Under the pieces are notes generated by a model. That model was not told where the DNA came from. It searched no databases and worked only from the letters and a program-made list of their open reading frames with translations. From an uncultured Pelagibacteraceae bacterium (GTDB lineage: Bacteria > Pseudomonadota > Alphaproteobacteria > Pelagibacterales > AG-422-B15): a stretch of DNA of 62,180 nt. Location of the stretch: positions 1-62,180 of the forward strand of contig CABWZX010000003.1 in assembly GCA_902510025.1 (NCBI GenBank). Direction: 5' to 3'. Numbering within the stretch: position 1 is the first letter of the stretch; every line of letters starts with the position of its first letter. Position numbers and translations under genes: made by a program. Positions 11,455 to 22,545 of the stretch are shown in pieces.

Positions 11455-13053
11455 ATGAAGGAAAAGCTTTATATTTTTGATACAACTCTTCGAGATGGCG
11501 CTCAAACTTACGGAGTTGATTTTAATGTTGATGAGAAAAAGATTTTAGCCTCAAAGCTTGATGAGCTTGGCGTAGATTACATTGAAGGTGGTTGGCCAGG
11601 TGCAAACGCTACTGATACTCAATTTTTTAATGAAAAAATTGAATTTAAAAAGTCAACTTTTACATCTTTTGGTATGACAAAAAAATCTGGAAGAAGTGCT
11701 GAAAATGATCCAGGTCTTGCATCTTTAATGAATGCTAATACTTCGTCTGTGTGTGTAGTAGGAAAATCATGGGATTTTCATGTTGATGTTGCATTGGAAA
11801 TATCTAATGAAGAGAATTTAGAAAACATTGCTCAATCAGTTAGTTTTCTTTCAAAAAATAATAAAGAAGTTCATTTTGACGCTGAGCACTTTTTTGACGG
11901 ATATAAATCAAATCCTGATTATGCAATTCAATGTCTTAAGACAGCAATTGATAATGGTGCCCGCTGGGTAGTTCTATGTGATACTAACGGAGGAACGCTT
12001 CCTCACGAAGTAGAAACCATTGTTTCAAAAGTTGTGAATTCAATCCCTGGAGAAAAACTTGGCATCCATGCGCATAACGATACGGGTAATGCTGTAGCAA
12101 ATTCCTTAGCTGCTGTTCGATCAGGTGTTAGACAAATTCAAGGAACTATTAATGGATTGGGTGAAAGGTGTGGAAATGCAAATCTAATATCTTTAATACC
12201 AACATTCTTGCTAAAACCAGAATACGCTAAAACATATGATTTATCTATCGAAGCAGGAAAACTTGATCAATTAACAGAGCTTTCAAGACTTCTTGATGAA
12301 ATCCTTAATAGAGTTCCAAATCGAACTGCTCCATATGTAGGTTCCTCAGCATTTGCTCATAAAGGCGGGCTGCATGTTTCAGCTGTTAACAAAGACCCAA
12401 AAACATATGAGCATATTGATCCTCAGTTAGTGGGAAACAGAAGACAAATTATTATTTCAGAGCAATCTGGAAAATCTAATATTGTTTCTAGGTTAAAATC
12501 GACAGGAATTACAGTCGATGAAGATGATAAAACTATTCAGAAAATATTGGATCGTGTTAAGGAAAGAGAATTTAATGGGTATTCATATGATGGGGCAGAT
12601 GCATCATTTGAGATACTTGTAAAAAAAGTGCTTGGTGAAATGCCTAATTTTTTTGAAGTAATAAATTTCAATATCAATGTAAATAATTCAGGCAAAGAAG
12701 GAAAAACTGTTTCGCAAGCTGAAGTAAAGTTGAAAATTGGCAATGACGAGCTTACTGGAAAAGGCGAGGGAGTTGGTCCAGTAAACGCTTTAGATAACGC
12801 ATTGAGAAATAATTTTCAATCAAGTGGATATTCAGAGCTAATAAAAGATTTATCTTTAATTGATTATAAAGTCCGTATTTTAAATACCGGAACAGACGCT
12901 ACAACAAGAGTATCAATTGAGAGCTCAGACAGAAATAAAAAAAGCTGGTTCACTATAGGCGTTTCAGAGAATATTATTGAAGCTTCATTTAGAGCACTTA
13001 TCGACAGCGTTGAGTACAAATTAATGAAAGAGAAAGCAAAGTCTTTAAATTAA
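11455..13053 (+). CDS. cimA: citramalate synthase (2-isopropylmalate synthase family)
   Basis: DTTLRDG, YIEGGWPG, FDAEHFFDG, HAHND, AFAHKGG; follows cysS. Confidence 0.88.
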   Translation: MKEKLYIFDTTLRDGAQTYGVDFNVDEKKILASKLDELGVDYIEGGWPGANATDTQFFNEKIEFKKSTFTSFGMTKKSGRSAENDPGLASLMNANTSSVCVVGKSWDFHVDVALEISNEENLENIAQSVSFLSKNNKEVHFDAEHFFDGYKSNPDYAIQCLKTAIDNGARWVVLCDTNGGTLPHEVETIVSKVVNSIPGEKLGIHAHNDTGNAVANSLAAVRSGVRQIQGTINGLGERCGNANLISLIPTFLLKPEYAKTYDLSIEAGKLDQLTELSRLLDEILNRVPNRTAPYVGSSAFAHKGGLHVSAVNKDPKTYEHIDPQLVGNRRQIIISEQSGKSNIVSRLKSTGITVDEDDKTIQKILDRVKEREFNGYSYDGADASFEILVKKVLGEMPNFFEVINFNINVNNSGKEGKTVSQAEVKLKIGNDELTGKGEGVGPVNALDNALRNNFQSSGYSELIKDLSLIDYKVRILNTGTDATTRVSIESSDRNKKSWFTIGVSENIIEASFRALIDSVEYKLMKEKAKSLN

Positions 13054-13056
13054 TTT

Positions 13057-13791
13057 ATGATCAAAAACATTTCAATCATTTTGGTTGATGTTCAACTACC
13101 TGAGAATATTGGACTTGCAGCACGTGCGATGTTTAATTTTGGAATTTCTAATCTAATATTAGTTAATCCTAAAATAGATTTACCATCAGAAAAGGCTGAA
13201 GCTGTTGCTGTAGACGCACTTGATCTGGTTAAGAATGCTAAGGTTTATGATGAATTAAGAGATGCTTTAGAAGATTTTACTTATTCTTTTGCCTTCACTG
13301 CAAGACATAGAGATATGAATAAAGAGTTTATTAATAGCCAAGAGGTTATTTCAGAAATTCATAATAATTATATTGGAGAAAAGATAGCAATTGTTTTTGG
13401 CGGAGAGGCTTCAGGACTTACTAATGAACATTTATCTTTAGCATCTAAATGCGTTACAATTAATACACATTCTAATTTTTCTTCTTTAAATTTGTCTCAT
13501 GCTGTATCTGTATTCAGTTATTCACTTTTTTCTTATGCTAATTCTGCAGTTAATAATTCTTATTCGGAGGAGGTGGGTACTCCTTCAAAGAATGAGCTTA
13601 TTTATTTTTTTGAACATCTTGAGAATGAATTAGAAACCAGAGGATTTTTTGAACCACAGGAAAAAATGCCTAAAATGAAGCAAAATTTGAGGAATTTATT
13701 CCATCGGGCTGACTTAAATGAACGCGAAATTGCTACACTTAGAGGGGTAGTCACAGCTCTTACCTCGTATGATAAATCTCAGAAAACCTAG
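13057..13791 (+). CDS. trmJ: TrmJ/LasT family SPOUT RNA methyltransferase
   Basis: [30 protein letters not shown]. Confidence 0.8.
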   Translation: MIKNISIILVDVQLPENIGLAARAMFNFGISNLILVNPKIDLPSEKAEAVAVDALDLVKNAKVYDELRDALEDFTYSFAFTARHRDMNKEFINSQEVISEIHNNYIGEKIAIVFGGEASGLTNEHLSLASKCVTINTHSNFSSLNLSHAVSVFSYSLFSYANSAVNNSYSEEVGTPSKNELIYFFEHLENELETRGFFEPQEKMPKMKQNLRNLFHRADLNEREIATLRGVVTALTSYDKSQKT

Positions 13792-13800
13792 GATTGTGGT

Positions 13801-13828
13801 TTGACAATATTGAAGAAACCAGTATAAA
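13801..13828 (+). promoter_or_regulatory. sigma70-type promoter of rpsD
   Basis: TTGACA-16 nt-TATAAA, ending 16 nt before the rpsD ATG. Confidence 0.6.
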
Positions 13829-13844
13829 CCACGGATCGTTATAT

Positions 13845-14462
13845 ATGACAAAAAGAATAGCACAAAAACATAAGATAGACAGACGTCTAAGCGTTAACTT
13901 ATGGGGAAGACCAAAAAGCCCCTTCAATCTAAGAAAATATAAACCAGGCCAACATGGTCAGAAGCACTCAGGAAAGCTTTCTGATTTTGGAGTGCAGCTT
14001 AATGCAAAACAAAAACTTAAGGGTTATTACGGCAACCTTAATGAAAGACAATTCCGAAATTGTTATAAAGAAGCGATTAGACAAAAAGGAGACACGGGAG
14101 AAAATCTTATTGCTCTCTTAGAACGTCGACTTGATACTATAGTTTACAGATCCAAGTTTGTACCAACGGTATTTGCAGCAAGACAATTCATTAATCACGG
14201 ACATGTTAAAGTAAACGGTAAAAGAATTAATATTGCAAGCTGTCTTCTAAGTGAGGGTGATGTTGTGGAAATAAAAGATAAATCAAAGGAAATAGCTCTT
14301 GTTGTTGAATCAATTAAAAGCCAAGAGAGAGATATTCCAGGTTACATTAGTGTTGATGAGAAAAAACTATCATCAACATTTGTTCGTGTTCCTCAATTTG
14401 CTGAGGTTCCTTACGCGACTCAAATGGACCCTAAACTCGTTATTGAGTATTACTCAAGATAA
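13845..14462 (+). CDS. rpsD: 30S ribosomal protein S4
   Basis: MTKR...[31 protein letters not shown]; start corrected to 13845. Confidence 0.97.
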   Translation: MTKRIAQKHKIDRRLSVNLWGRPKSPFNLRKYKPGQHGQKHSGKLSDFGVQLNAKQKLKGYYGNLNERQFRNCYKEAIRQKGDTGENLIALLERRLDTIVYRSKFVPTVFAARQFINHGHVKVNGKRINIASCLLSEGDVVEIKDKSKEIALVVESIKSQERDIPGYISVDEKKLSSTFVRVPQFAEVPYATQMDPKLVIEYYSR

Positions 14463-14477
14463 TCTTACAATTACCTT

Positions 14478-15584
14478 ATGAGTGCAAAGCACTGGTTTTC
14501 TGATAACTATCGGGAAGCTAGAAATCGATTTTTAGATTCTATAGAAGAACTTAAGGAAAAAGGGTTCGAAATACTACAGGAAGAACTACCTTTAAACCTG
14601 AAGGGTCCTGAAGATGAAGATTTAATTATAGATCTTGCTGTGGCGGGTTCTTTAGAAAGTGAAAATTTATTACTCTATAGTTCAGGAATTCATGGCGTTG
14701 AGGGCTTTGCAGGTTCAGCTATTCAGTTATCTGTAATAGATAAATTAAAAAATCAATCTCCTTTCACAGATTATTGTATCGTCTTTATTCATATTATTAA
14801 TCCTTACGGAATGGCCTGGCATAGAAGAGTTAATGAAAATAATGTTGATCTGAACAGAAATTTTCTTACAAAGCATGAGGGAGAGCCCGAAGGATATAAA
14901 TTAATTGATAGTTTTATCAATCCAAAAAGCATCCCAAATAAATTTGATCCATTTTTTTTAATCCAAGGCGTAATATTGCTTTTGAAGTATGGATTTACAA
15001 ATGTTAAGCAATGGTTTGCTCAAGGGCAATATACAAGAGCTCAAAGTTTGCAATTTGGTGGAGATAAAATTCAAAAAGGACCTGAGTTACTCTTAGATTG
15101 GCTAGAAAAGAATCTTAAAAATATTAAGAAAGCTTTTGGTATTGATCTCCACACAGGACTAGGCCCATCTGGATATGATACAATCTTAGTCCCAGACGAT
15201 ATTTCTTCGAGTGACTATCAGATATTACAAAAATTGTTTGGAGATCATGTTGCCGCCTTAGACCCAAGTACAAGTGTAGGGTATAAAATTACAGGAGATA
15301 TTCATTCAGGAATTGTTAAACAATTTTCTTCAATTGAATGGCTTTGTATTACTCAAGAATTTGGAACATATAACCCAGCTAGAGTCTTTAAGAATCTTAG
15401 AGCAGAAAATAGATGGACACAAAATAACAATTTAAATGATGAAAAATTACTATTAGATCATTGGAGTAGAAAAAACTTGCTCAGTACATTTAATCCAGAA
15501 GATTCAGTTTGGCAGGAACAATTAATTAATAGGGGAAATGAGGTATTTCAAATAGCTCAAAGTTATATCGTAGCCAACAATTAG
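14478..15584 (+). CDS. M14 zinc metallopeptidase-like protein (DUF2817 type)
   Basis: SGIHGVEG, NPYG, NENNVDLNRNF, DLHTGLG, EFGT. Confidence 0.8.
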   Translation: MSAKHWFSDNYREARNRFLDSIEELKEKGFEILQEELPLNLKGPEDEDLIIDLAVAGSLESENLLLYSSGIHGVEGFAGSAIQLSVIDKLKNQSPFTDYCIVFIHIINPYGMAWHRRVNENNVDLNRNFLTKHEGEPEGYKLIDSFINPKSIPNKFDPFFLIQGVILLLKYGFTNVKQWFAQGQYTRAQSLQFGGDKIQKGPELLLDWLEKNLKNIKKAFGIDLHTGLGPSGYDTILVPDDISSSDYQILQKLFGDHVAALDPSTSVGYKITGDIHSGIVKQFSSIEWLCITQEFGTYNPARVFKNLRAENRWTQNNNLNDEKLLLDHWSRKNLLSTFNPEDSVWQEQLINRGNEVFQIAQSYIVANN

Positions 15585-15585
15585 T

Positions 15586-15915
15586 CTAGCTATGGGAAAT
15601 ATTTTTTGATTTTAATACTTCAGACAATTCACCGCTTTTGTGCATGTCTTGAATTATATCACAGCCACCAACAAACTCTCCTTTGACATATAATTGTGGA
15701 ATGGTCGGCCAATCAGTGAAGGCTTTAATTCCTTCTCGTAAATTATCATCTTCAAGAACATTTACATCTTTAAAATCTACGTTCATGAAAGATAGAGTAT
15801 TAACGACAGCGTTTGAAAAACCACATTGGGGTGTTTCTTTTGTACCCTTCATGAAGAGTACTACGTCATTATTTTCAACAACTTCTTTTATTGTAGTTTG
15901 AATTTCATCACTCAT
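15586..15915 (-). CDS. grxD: monothiol glutaredoxin Grx4
   Basis: FMKG, CGFS, WPTIPQLY, GGCDI. Confidence 0.96.
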   Translation of the reverse strand: MSDEIQTTIKEVVENNDVVLFMKGTKETPQCGFSNAVVNTLSFMNVDFKDVNVLEDDNLREGIKAFTDWPTIPQLYVKGEFVGGCDIIQDMHKSGELSEVLKSKNISHS

Positions 15916-15947
15916 AATCAAATATCTACACTTTATTTAATAATATT

Positions 15948-18152
15948 TCAATTTGTAAATTTCTTAAACCATGATTCATGAGCTTGAATTAACTCTTCAA
16001 CCTTGATTTTTCCAATATTTTTAATCTCAAATTGATCAGCTTGAGTAAACCCTATTTTCTCAAAAAAAACCTTATCTTTTTCTGCTTCCAGCAGAAGTTC
16101 TTCAAAACTATCTTTAGAAATTTCTACTAAGTATCTTGATTGATCTTCACCAAATAAATATTCAGTCAATGATGATTTATTAATATCTAAATTAACTCCT
16201 TTTTTCCCATAGATACTCATTTCTGCTAGAGCGATAAGTAAGCCTCCATCAGCAATATCATGAACAGCTTCAAATTTATTTTGTTCAATGCAATTAAGTA
16301 CAAATTTCCCATTTTTTAATTCTTCTTCTAAATCAATTGATGGAGTACTACCTATTTCTTTATTTTTTACTATGGACAAGTATTGAGAGTTTCCCAAGTG
16401 ATTATTGCTGTTGCCGATGACACATATATAGCTACCTTCTTTTTTTAAAGATATCGTCATTGTATTTGATAGATCCTTAATTAAACCAACTCCACCAATA
16501 GCAGGCGTAGGATATATTCCCTCCCCGTTTGTTTCATTGTAAAAAGAAACATTACCTGAGACGACAGGATAATTGAGTTTAGAGCAGGCTTCTCCCATAC
16601 CACGTATGCATTCAACAAACTGTCCCATGATTTCTGGTTTCTCTGGATTTCCAAAATTCATGCAATCTGTAATAGCGATTGGCAATGCACCTGACGCAAT
16701 GATATTTCTCCATGTTTCAACTACTGCATGCTTTCCTCCCTCAAAAGAATTATGCTTGCAGTAAGTTGGTGAACAATCTGTACTAATGGCAATTCCTTTA
16801 TTTGTGTCATGAACCCTAACTACAGCTGCATCTGATCCTGGTCTAACGATTGTATCAGCCATGACCATATGATCATATTGCTCCCAAATCCATTTTCTGC
16901 TGCAAAGATTAGGATGGCTTATCATCTTTAATAAGTCTTCAAGAATATTATTATCATCCAGTTCATCGTGATCTAATTCAACCAATGGACTTGGTTCATT
17001 GACAACATATTCTCTTTGATATTCAGGTGCATCTTCCACAAGAATATTAATAGGAATGCTAGCTTCTTCTTTATTATCCATGGTTAAGACAAGTTTCTTT
17101 GTATCAGTTACTTTTCCAATTACTTCAAATTCCAAATCCCATTTCTTAAATATTTTTCTGGCCATCTCTTCTTTAGTAGGGTCTAAAACCATCAACATTC
17201 GTTCTTGGCTCTCAGACAGCATAAGTTCGTAAGCTGACATATTTTTTGCTCGCATAGGAACTTTGGAAAGGTCAATTTCAATTCCTACATTTCCTTTTGA
17301 TGCCATTTCAATAGAAGAAGATGTTAATCCAGCTGCTCCCATATCCTGAATTGCAATAATGGCTTCCTCTTTCATTAGTTCTAAGCATGCTTCAAGTAGC
17401 AGCTTTTCTGTAAATGGATCTCCAACTTGAACAGTAGGTTTTTTATCTTCAGAGTCTTCATCGAATTCTGCAGAAGCCATAGTTGCACCGTGAATACCAT
17501 CCCGTCCTGTTTTTGATCCTACATAGACAACAGGATTTCCAATTCCAGCTGCAGCCGAATAAAATATTTTATCTTTTTTTGCAATACCTACAGTCATTGC
17601 ATTAACTAAGATGTTTCCATTATATGAAGAGTGAAAATTGACCTCTCCTCCAACTGTTGGAATACCAATGCAATTTCCATATCCGCCAATTCCTCCAACA
17701 ACTCCTGATAACAAGTGTTTCGTTTTTGGGTGACCAGGGTCGCCAAACCGAAGTGCATTTAGGTTTGCAACTGGACGAGCACCCATAGTAAAAACATCTC
17801 TAAGAATTCCACCAACACCTGTTGCTGCACCTTGATAAGGTTCGATGAATGAAGGGTGGTTATGACTTTCCATTTTAAATACAGCTACATCACCATCGTC
17901 TATGTCAATAACCCCGGCATTTTCTCCAGGACCTTGTACTACACGTTCCCCTGTAGTAGGCAATTTCTTTAGCCAGAATTTAGAAGATTTGTAAGAACAG
18001 TGCTCATTCCACATAGCACTAAAGATTCCAAGTTCAGTAAGGTTAGGTTCTCTTCCAAGTCCTTCTACAATCTTTGTAAATTCATCTAATTTTAAGCCGT
18101 GGTTTTCAACTAAAGATTGATCAGTCTGAAATTGCCAGATTGAATTGGTCAT
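15948..18152 (-). CDS. purL: FGAM synthase subunit PurL
   Basis: [36 protein letters not shown]. Confidence 0.97.
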   Translation of the reverse strand: MTNSIWQFQTDQSLVENHGLKLDEFTKIVEGLGREPNLTELGIFSAMWNEHCSYKSSKFWLKKLPTTGERVVQGPGENAGVIDIDDGDVAVFKMESHNHPSFIEPYQGAATGVGGILRDVFTMGARPVANLNALRFGDPGHPKTKHLLSGVVGGIGGYGNCIGIPTVGGEVNFHSSYNGNILVNAMTVGIAKKDKIFYSAAAGIGNPVVYVGSKTGRDGIHGATMASAEFDEDSEDKKPTVQVGDPFTEKLLLEACLELMKEEAIIAIQDMGAAGLTSSSIEMASKGNVGIEIDLSKVPMRAKNMSAYELMLSESQERMLMVLDPTKEEMARKIFKKWDLEFEVIGKVTDTKKLVLTMDNKEEASIPINILVEDAPEYQREYVVNEPSPLVELDHDELDDNNILEDLLKMISHPNLCSRKWIWEQYDHMVMADTIVRPGSDAAVVRVHDTNKGIAISTDCSPTYCKHNSFEGGKHAVVETWRNIIASGALPIAITDCMNFGNPEKPEIMGQFVECIRGMGEACSKLNYPVVSGNVSFYNETNGEGIYPTPAIGGVGLIKDLSNTMTISLKKEGSYICVIGNSNNHLGNSQYLSIVKNKEIGSTPSIDLEEELKNGKFVLNCIEQNKFEAVHDIADGGLLIALAEMSIYGKKGVNLDINKSSLTEYLFGEDQSRYLVEISKDSFEELLLEAEKDKVFFEKIGFTQADQFEIKNIGKIKVEELIQAHESWFKKFTN

Positions 18153-18823
18153 TAATTAATGAAACTTTCAAAAATTGATTTACCATCATCACATCCTAGT
18201 ATTTTTTCTGCAGCCCTTTCAGGGTGTGGCATCATACCAAGTACATTTTTTTGTTTATTTAAAACACCTGCTATGTTTTTTAAGGATCCATTGGGATTAG
18301 ATGGATTATCTACGTTTCCATTTTGGTCACAATATTGAAAAGCAATTTGTTCGTTATCTTGAATTTTTTTTAATTGATCAGATGAAACAAAGTAGTTGCC
18401 TTCATTATGCGCTATAGGCATTCTTGCAATATTTGTGTTTTTAGTAAAAATTGAACTATTGTTTTTTGATTTTATAAAAATGTCTTTGCAAATGAAGCTT
18501 AAGCTTTCGTTTCGCATTAAGGCTCCATCAAGAAGAGAACTTTCGATTAATATTTGAAATCCATTACAGATACCAATTACAGGCACACCATCATTTGCTT
18601 TTTTAACAACATCTTTCATTATGGGCGATGTTGAAGCTATTGCTCCGCAGCGTAGGTAGTCACCATAAGAAAATCCACCTGGAACTACAATAAGGTCAGA
18701 AGTATTTATTGTTGTTTCTTTATGCCATACCATCTCTGGAGCGTTGCCAGAGATATTTTTTATTGATACAGCAATATCACGGTCACAGTTAGAGCCTGGA
18801 AAAACAATGACATGTGATTTCAT
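18152..18823 (-). CDS. purQ: FGAM synthase subunit PurQ
   Basis: [32 protein letters not shown]. Confidence 0.97.
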   Translation of the reverse strand: MKSHVIVFPGSNCDRDIAVSIKNISGNAPEMVWHKETTINTSDLIVVPGGFSYGDYLRCGAIASTSPIMKDVVKKANDGVPVIGICNGFQILIESSLLDGALMRNESLSFICKDIFIKSKNNSSIFTKNTNIARMPIAHNEGNYFVSSDQLKKIQDNEQIAFQYCDQNGNVDNPSNPNGSLKNIAGVLNKQKNVLGMMPHPERAAEKILGCDDGKSIFESFIN

Positions 18824-18828
18824 TATAC

Positions 18829-19068
18829 CTAATTTATCTCAACAGAATAATCTTCAATAACCATATTCGCCAAGAGTTTTTCACACATCTCATCAAGTCT
18901 TTTGATAGCTGAATCTTTGTCGTTATCATCAAGTGTAATTTCAATATACTTTCCTTGCCTGACATCTTTAACTCCATCAAATCCTAAAGATTTAAGTGAA
19001 TTGGCAATTACTGATCCTTGAGGATCGAGTACGTCTTTCTTAAGTGTGATGTGGATTTTGGCGAGCAT
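18829..19068 (-). CDS. purS: FGAM synthase subunit PurS
   Basis: VLDPQG, VRQGK, LLANMVIE. Confidence 0.96.
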   Translation of the reverse strand: MLAKIHITLKKDVLDPQGSVIANSLKSLGFDGVKDVRQGKYIEITLDDNDKDSAIKRLDEMCEKLLANMVIEDYSVEIN

Positions 19069-19074
19069 TAACCT

Positions 19075-19794
19075 TTAATGCACGATTCCTAACCTTGAAG
19101 CAACTTCTTCATAGGCCTTTATAAGACTTCCAAGGTTTCTTCTAAAAACGTCTTTATCAAGTTTCTTTTTAGATCTTTTATCCCATAACCTGCATGAGTC
19201 AGGACTAATTTCATCCGCTAAAACTATCTTTTTAGGATTTGAGGCTAGTCTTCCAAACTCAATTTTAAAATCTACTAATACAATTTTTTTCTTGGCAAAC
19301 AGGCTAATGAGAAGCTTATTTATTTTGGTAGACATCTTATCAATCTTTTTGAGCTCAGATTTTGTTGCCCATCCAAAAGCTTCAACATGATCTCTTGAAA
19401 TCATAGGGTCATCTAGACTGTCTTCTTTATAATAGTACTCAAGAAGAGGTTTTTTTAATTTATTACCTTCTTTGAGACCCAGCTTTTTCGCAATTGATCC
19501 AGCAACAACATTTCTAACAACAAATTCAATTGGTATAATTTCACATTTTTTAATCAGCTGTTCACGGTCATTCAGTCTCCTCTTAAAATGAGTTTCTATA
19601 CCTTTTGATCTTAGATATAGCATTATGTGCTCTGATATTTTGTTATTCAAAACTCCTTTACCACTAAAAATCTTATGTTTCTTTTTATTATAAGCGGTAG
19701 CGTCATCTTTAAAAACTTGGATTAGAGTATCTTTCGAAGGACCTTTTAAAATTTTTTTAGCTTTCCCTTCGTATAGAGTTTTGTTAGACGACAT
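19075..19794 (-). CDS. purC: SAICAR synthetase
   Basis: YEGKAK, FKDDATA, DFKIEFG, ADEISPDSCRLWD. Confidence 0.97.
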   Translation of the reverse strand: MSSNKTLYEGKAKKILKGPSKDTLIQVFKDDATAYNKKKHKIFSGKGVLNNKISEHIMLYLRSKGIETHFKRRLNDREQLIKKCEIIPIEFVVRNVVAGSIAKKLGLKEGNKLKKPLLEYYYKEDSLDDPMISRDHVEAFGWATKSELKKIDKMSTKINKLLISLFAKKKIVLVDFKIEFGRLASNPKKIVLADEISPDSCRLWDKRSKKKLDKDVFRRNLGSLIKAYEEVASRLGIVH

Positions 19795-19873
19795 TTAAGG
19801 TGACATTTAATTTTTGTTTAGATACAATAACTATACAGAAATTGTTTATTATTTAAAATACTAATTAATTATT

Positions 19874-20203
19874 ATGAAAAAACTGGATGAAAGAAAAAAG
19901 GGATTTGAAGGCAAGTTTGCAAGAGATCAAGAGCTTGAATTTAAAATTCTAGCGAGAAGAAATAAATATCTTGGAGTATGGGTAGCTGAAAAGCTTGGAC
20001 TATCAGGCGATTCAGTTCAAGAATATTGTTCTGAGGTGTTAAAATCTGATCTTGAAGAGGAAGGAGATATGGACGTTTTTCGAAAAGTAAAAAAAGATTT
20101 TGATGATAAAAAAGTTTCTATGTCTGATGATGAATTAAGGCAAAGTATGGACCAGTTCTTGCTTCAAGCTAAAGAAGAAATTATTGGGAAAGACAATATT
20201 TAA
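19874..20203 (+). CDS. DUF1476 protein (F1Fo ATPase inhibitor zeta subunit family)
   Basis: DERKKGFEGKFARDQELEFK..ARRNK..G.W signature; divergent from purC as in alphaproteobacteria. Confidence 0.85.
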   Translation: MKKLDERKKGFEGKFARDQELEFKILARRNKYLGVWVAEKLGLSGDSVQEYCSEVLKSDLEEEGDMDVFRKVKKDFDDKKVSMSDDELRQSMDQFLLQAKEEIIGKDNI

Positions 20204-20218
20204 AATGAGGGAATATTA

Positions 20219-20452
20219 ATGGCTATAATTCTGGCAAAAGTTAAGAAAAAAAGTCGAGCAAAAAAAACTGCTAAGAAAGTAATTGCTTCTAAAAGAAAGA
20301 AAACAATCAAAAAGAAAACTAATAAAGCTGCTTCAAAAAGTTTAGTTTCAAAATTTAAAATTGATAAAAACAATTGGATCGTGTTTTATTACGCGTTTGC
20401 TTATGTTGGAATATTTGGATTGTTTGCTTTAGCAATTTATTATTCGAATTAG
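20219..20452 (+). CDS. small Lys-rich protein with C-terminal transmembrane helix
   Basis: GAGGGA RBS upstream; fills the gap between DUF1476 and purB; basic N-terminus plus hydrophobic tail. Confidence 0.65.
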   Translation: MAIILAKVKKKSRAKKTAKKVIASKRKKTIKKKTNKAASKSLVSKFKIDKNNWIVFYYAFAYVGIFGLFALAIYYSN

Positions 20453-20457
20453 AATGT

Positions 20458-21750
20458 TTATTTAAATACTTTATTAAATATGTAATTGGTTCTTCGAACA
20501 GCATGTTTAAAGTCTAGTATTTTGTTTATTTCTTTTTTTGTTAATAATTTATTTATCTCTGGATCCTTTTCTAATACTTTTGCAAAGTCTTCACTGGTTT
20601 TCCAGACTTGCATTGCATTTTTTTGAACTATTTTGTATGCCTTTTCTCGAGCTATTCCTTTTTGAGTTAAAGTGAGCATTAACCCCTCAGACATTGGTAA
20701 TTTGTTAAGTCTATTTATATTTTTCATCATATTTTTTGGATAGACGATTAAGTTTTTAATAATCGCATTCATTCTTGATAATGCAAAATCCAACATAATA
20801 TTTGCATCGGGGGCCATTATTCTTTCAACACTTGAATGTGAAATATCTCTTTCATGCCACAAAGATATATTTTCCATTGAAGGTAACGCATAGCTTCTAA
20901 TTAATCGGGCTAGTCCCGTTAGATTTTCTGATAAAACAGGATTCCTTTTATGTGGCATGGCTGAAGAACCTTTTTGACCCTTTGAGAAAAATTCTTCTAC
21001 CTCTAATACTTCTGTGCGCTGCAGGTGCCTTATTTCAGTTGCTAAACGCTCTATTGAACTGGCAATTATTGCAAGTGTTGTGAAATATACCGCATGTTTA
21101 TCTCGAGGGATAATTTGAGTAGATATTTTTTCAGATTTCAGTCCAAGTTTTTTTGAAACATATTGTTCTACTCTAGGATCAATATTCGCATAATTTCCTA
21201 CGGCTCCAGAAATTGCGCAGCAAGATATTTCTTTAGTTGCTAATGATAAACGCTCTTTGTTTCTTTTAAATTCTTCATAGAACGAAGCCATTTTAATACC
21301 AAAAGTTGTAGGTTCAGCATGGATTCCATGACTTCTTCCAATGCATAATGTATTTTTATGTTTTATAGCTACTTTTTTAATTGATTTTAAAAGATTAGAT
21401 AATTCATCATCTATTATTTTTGCTGATTTTTTTAATTGAATATTAAATGCAGTATCTAATATATCTGAAGAAGTTAGACCTTGGTGTAGGAATCTTGCTG
21501 GGGGTCCAACATATTCAGAGATTGATGTAAGAAAGGCAATAACGTCGTGTTTTACCTTTTTTTCTATTTGGTCAATTCTTTTTTCATTTATCTTTGCTTT
21601 TGATTTAACTTTTCTAGCTGTACCTTTTGGAACAGTGCCTAACTTTTCCATTGCTTCACAAGCATAAAGCTCAATCTCAAGCCATATTTGAAATTTGCTT
21701 TTTGAACTCCATATTTCTGTCATTAGAGTTCGCGAGTATCGAGGGATCAT
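20458..21750 (-). CDS. purB: adenylosuccinate lyase
   Basis: MIPRYS, HDVIAF, GRSHGIHAEP, GSSAMPHKRNP. Confidence 0.97.
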   Translation of the reverse strand: MIPRYSRTLMTEIWSSKSKFQIWLEIELYACEAMEKLGTVPKGTARKVKSKAKINEKRIDQIEKKVKHDVIAFLTSISEYVGPPARFLHQGLTSSDILDTAFNIQLKKSAKIIDDELSNLLKSIKKVAIKHKNTLCIGRSHGIHAEPTTFGIKMASFYEEFKRNKERLSLATKEISCCAISGAVGNYANIDPRVEQYVSKKLGLKSEKISTQIIPRDKHAVYFTTLAIIASSIERLATEIRHLQRTEVLEVEEFFSKGQKGSSAMPHKRNPVLSENLTGLARLIRSYALPSMENISLWHERDISHSSVERIMAPDANIMLDFALSRMNAIIKNLIVYPKNMMKNINRLNKLPMSEGLMLTLTQKGIAREKAYKIVQKNAMQVWKTSEDFAKVLEKDPEINKLLTKKEINKILDFKHAVRRTNYIFNKVFK

Positions 21751-21774
21751 ATATCAGTTGTTTTAATCTTTTAT

Positions 21775-22545
21775 TTAAGGTTTATCAAGACCTGCTGGAG
21801 ATTTAGTAAATATTTCATAGCCTTGTGCAGTAACTCCAATGCTATGCTCAAATTGTGCAGATAGAGTCTTGTCTTTTGTTACAGCAGTCCAACCATCCTT
21901 TAGCATTCTGATATCGTATTTTCCAACATTTATCATTGGTTCAACTGTAAAGAACATTCCTTCTTCAATAGATTCCCCTTCATTCTTATCACCGTAATGA
22001 AGGATATTTGGATATTCATGGAATACTTTTCCTAGACCATGGCCACAAAAGTCTCTTACGACACTATAGTTAAGAGATTCAGCGTATGATTGAATAGCGT
22101 GACCTAAATCGCCAAGCTTTGCTCTTGGGGATATTTTTTCAATACCTTTATGCATTGCCTCAAAAGTGCAATCAATTAGACGTTGAGCTTTTGTACTAAT
22201 ATTTCCAACAGGAAACATTCTGCTCGTATCTCCATGCCAACCATCAAGGATCACAGTTACATCAATATTAACTATGTCACCAGATTCTAAAATTCTTGAT
22301 GATGGTATTCCATGACAGATTACATGATTAATAGAAGTACACACTGATTTTGGAAAACCTTTATAGAAAAGAGGTCCGATTAATCCTCCATTTTTATTAA
22401 TGAACTCAAAAGCTTTGTTATCTATTTCTTCTGTCGTAATTCCTGGCTTTACAACATCAACAAGCATATCCAAAGTTGACGCGGCTAAATGACCTGCTTT
22501 ACGCATGCCTTCAAAATCATCTTTATGATGTATTACTTTATTCAT
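21775..22545 (-). CDS. map: methionine aminopeptidase type I
   Basis: CHGIP, NIDVT, GDTSR, GHGLG..FHE, EPM, AQFEH. Confidence 0.97.
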   Translation of the reverse strand: MNKVIHHKDDFEGMRKAGHLAASTLDMLVDVVKPGITTEEIDNKAFEFINKNGGLIGPLFYKGFPKSVCTSINHVICHGIPSSRILESGDIVNIDVTVILDGWHGDTSRMFPVGNISTKAQRLIDCTFEAMHKGIEKISPRAKLGDLGHAIQSYAESLNYSVVRDFCGHGLGKVFHEYPNILHYGDKNEGESIEEGMFFTVEPMINVGKYDIRMLKDGWTAVTKDKTLSAQFEHSIGVTAQGYEIFTKSPAGLDKP

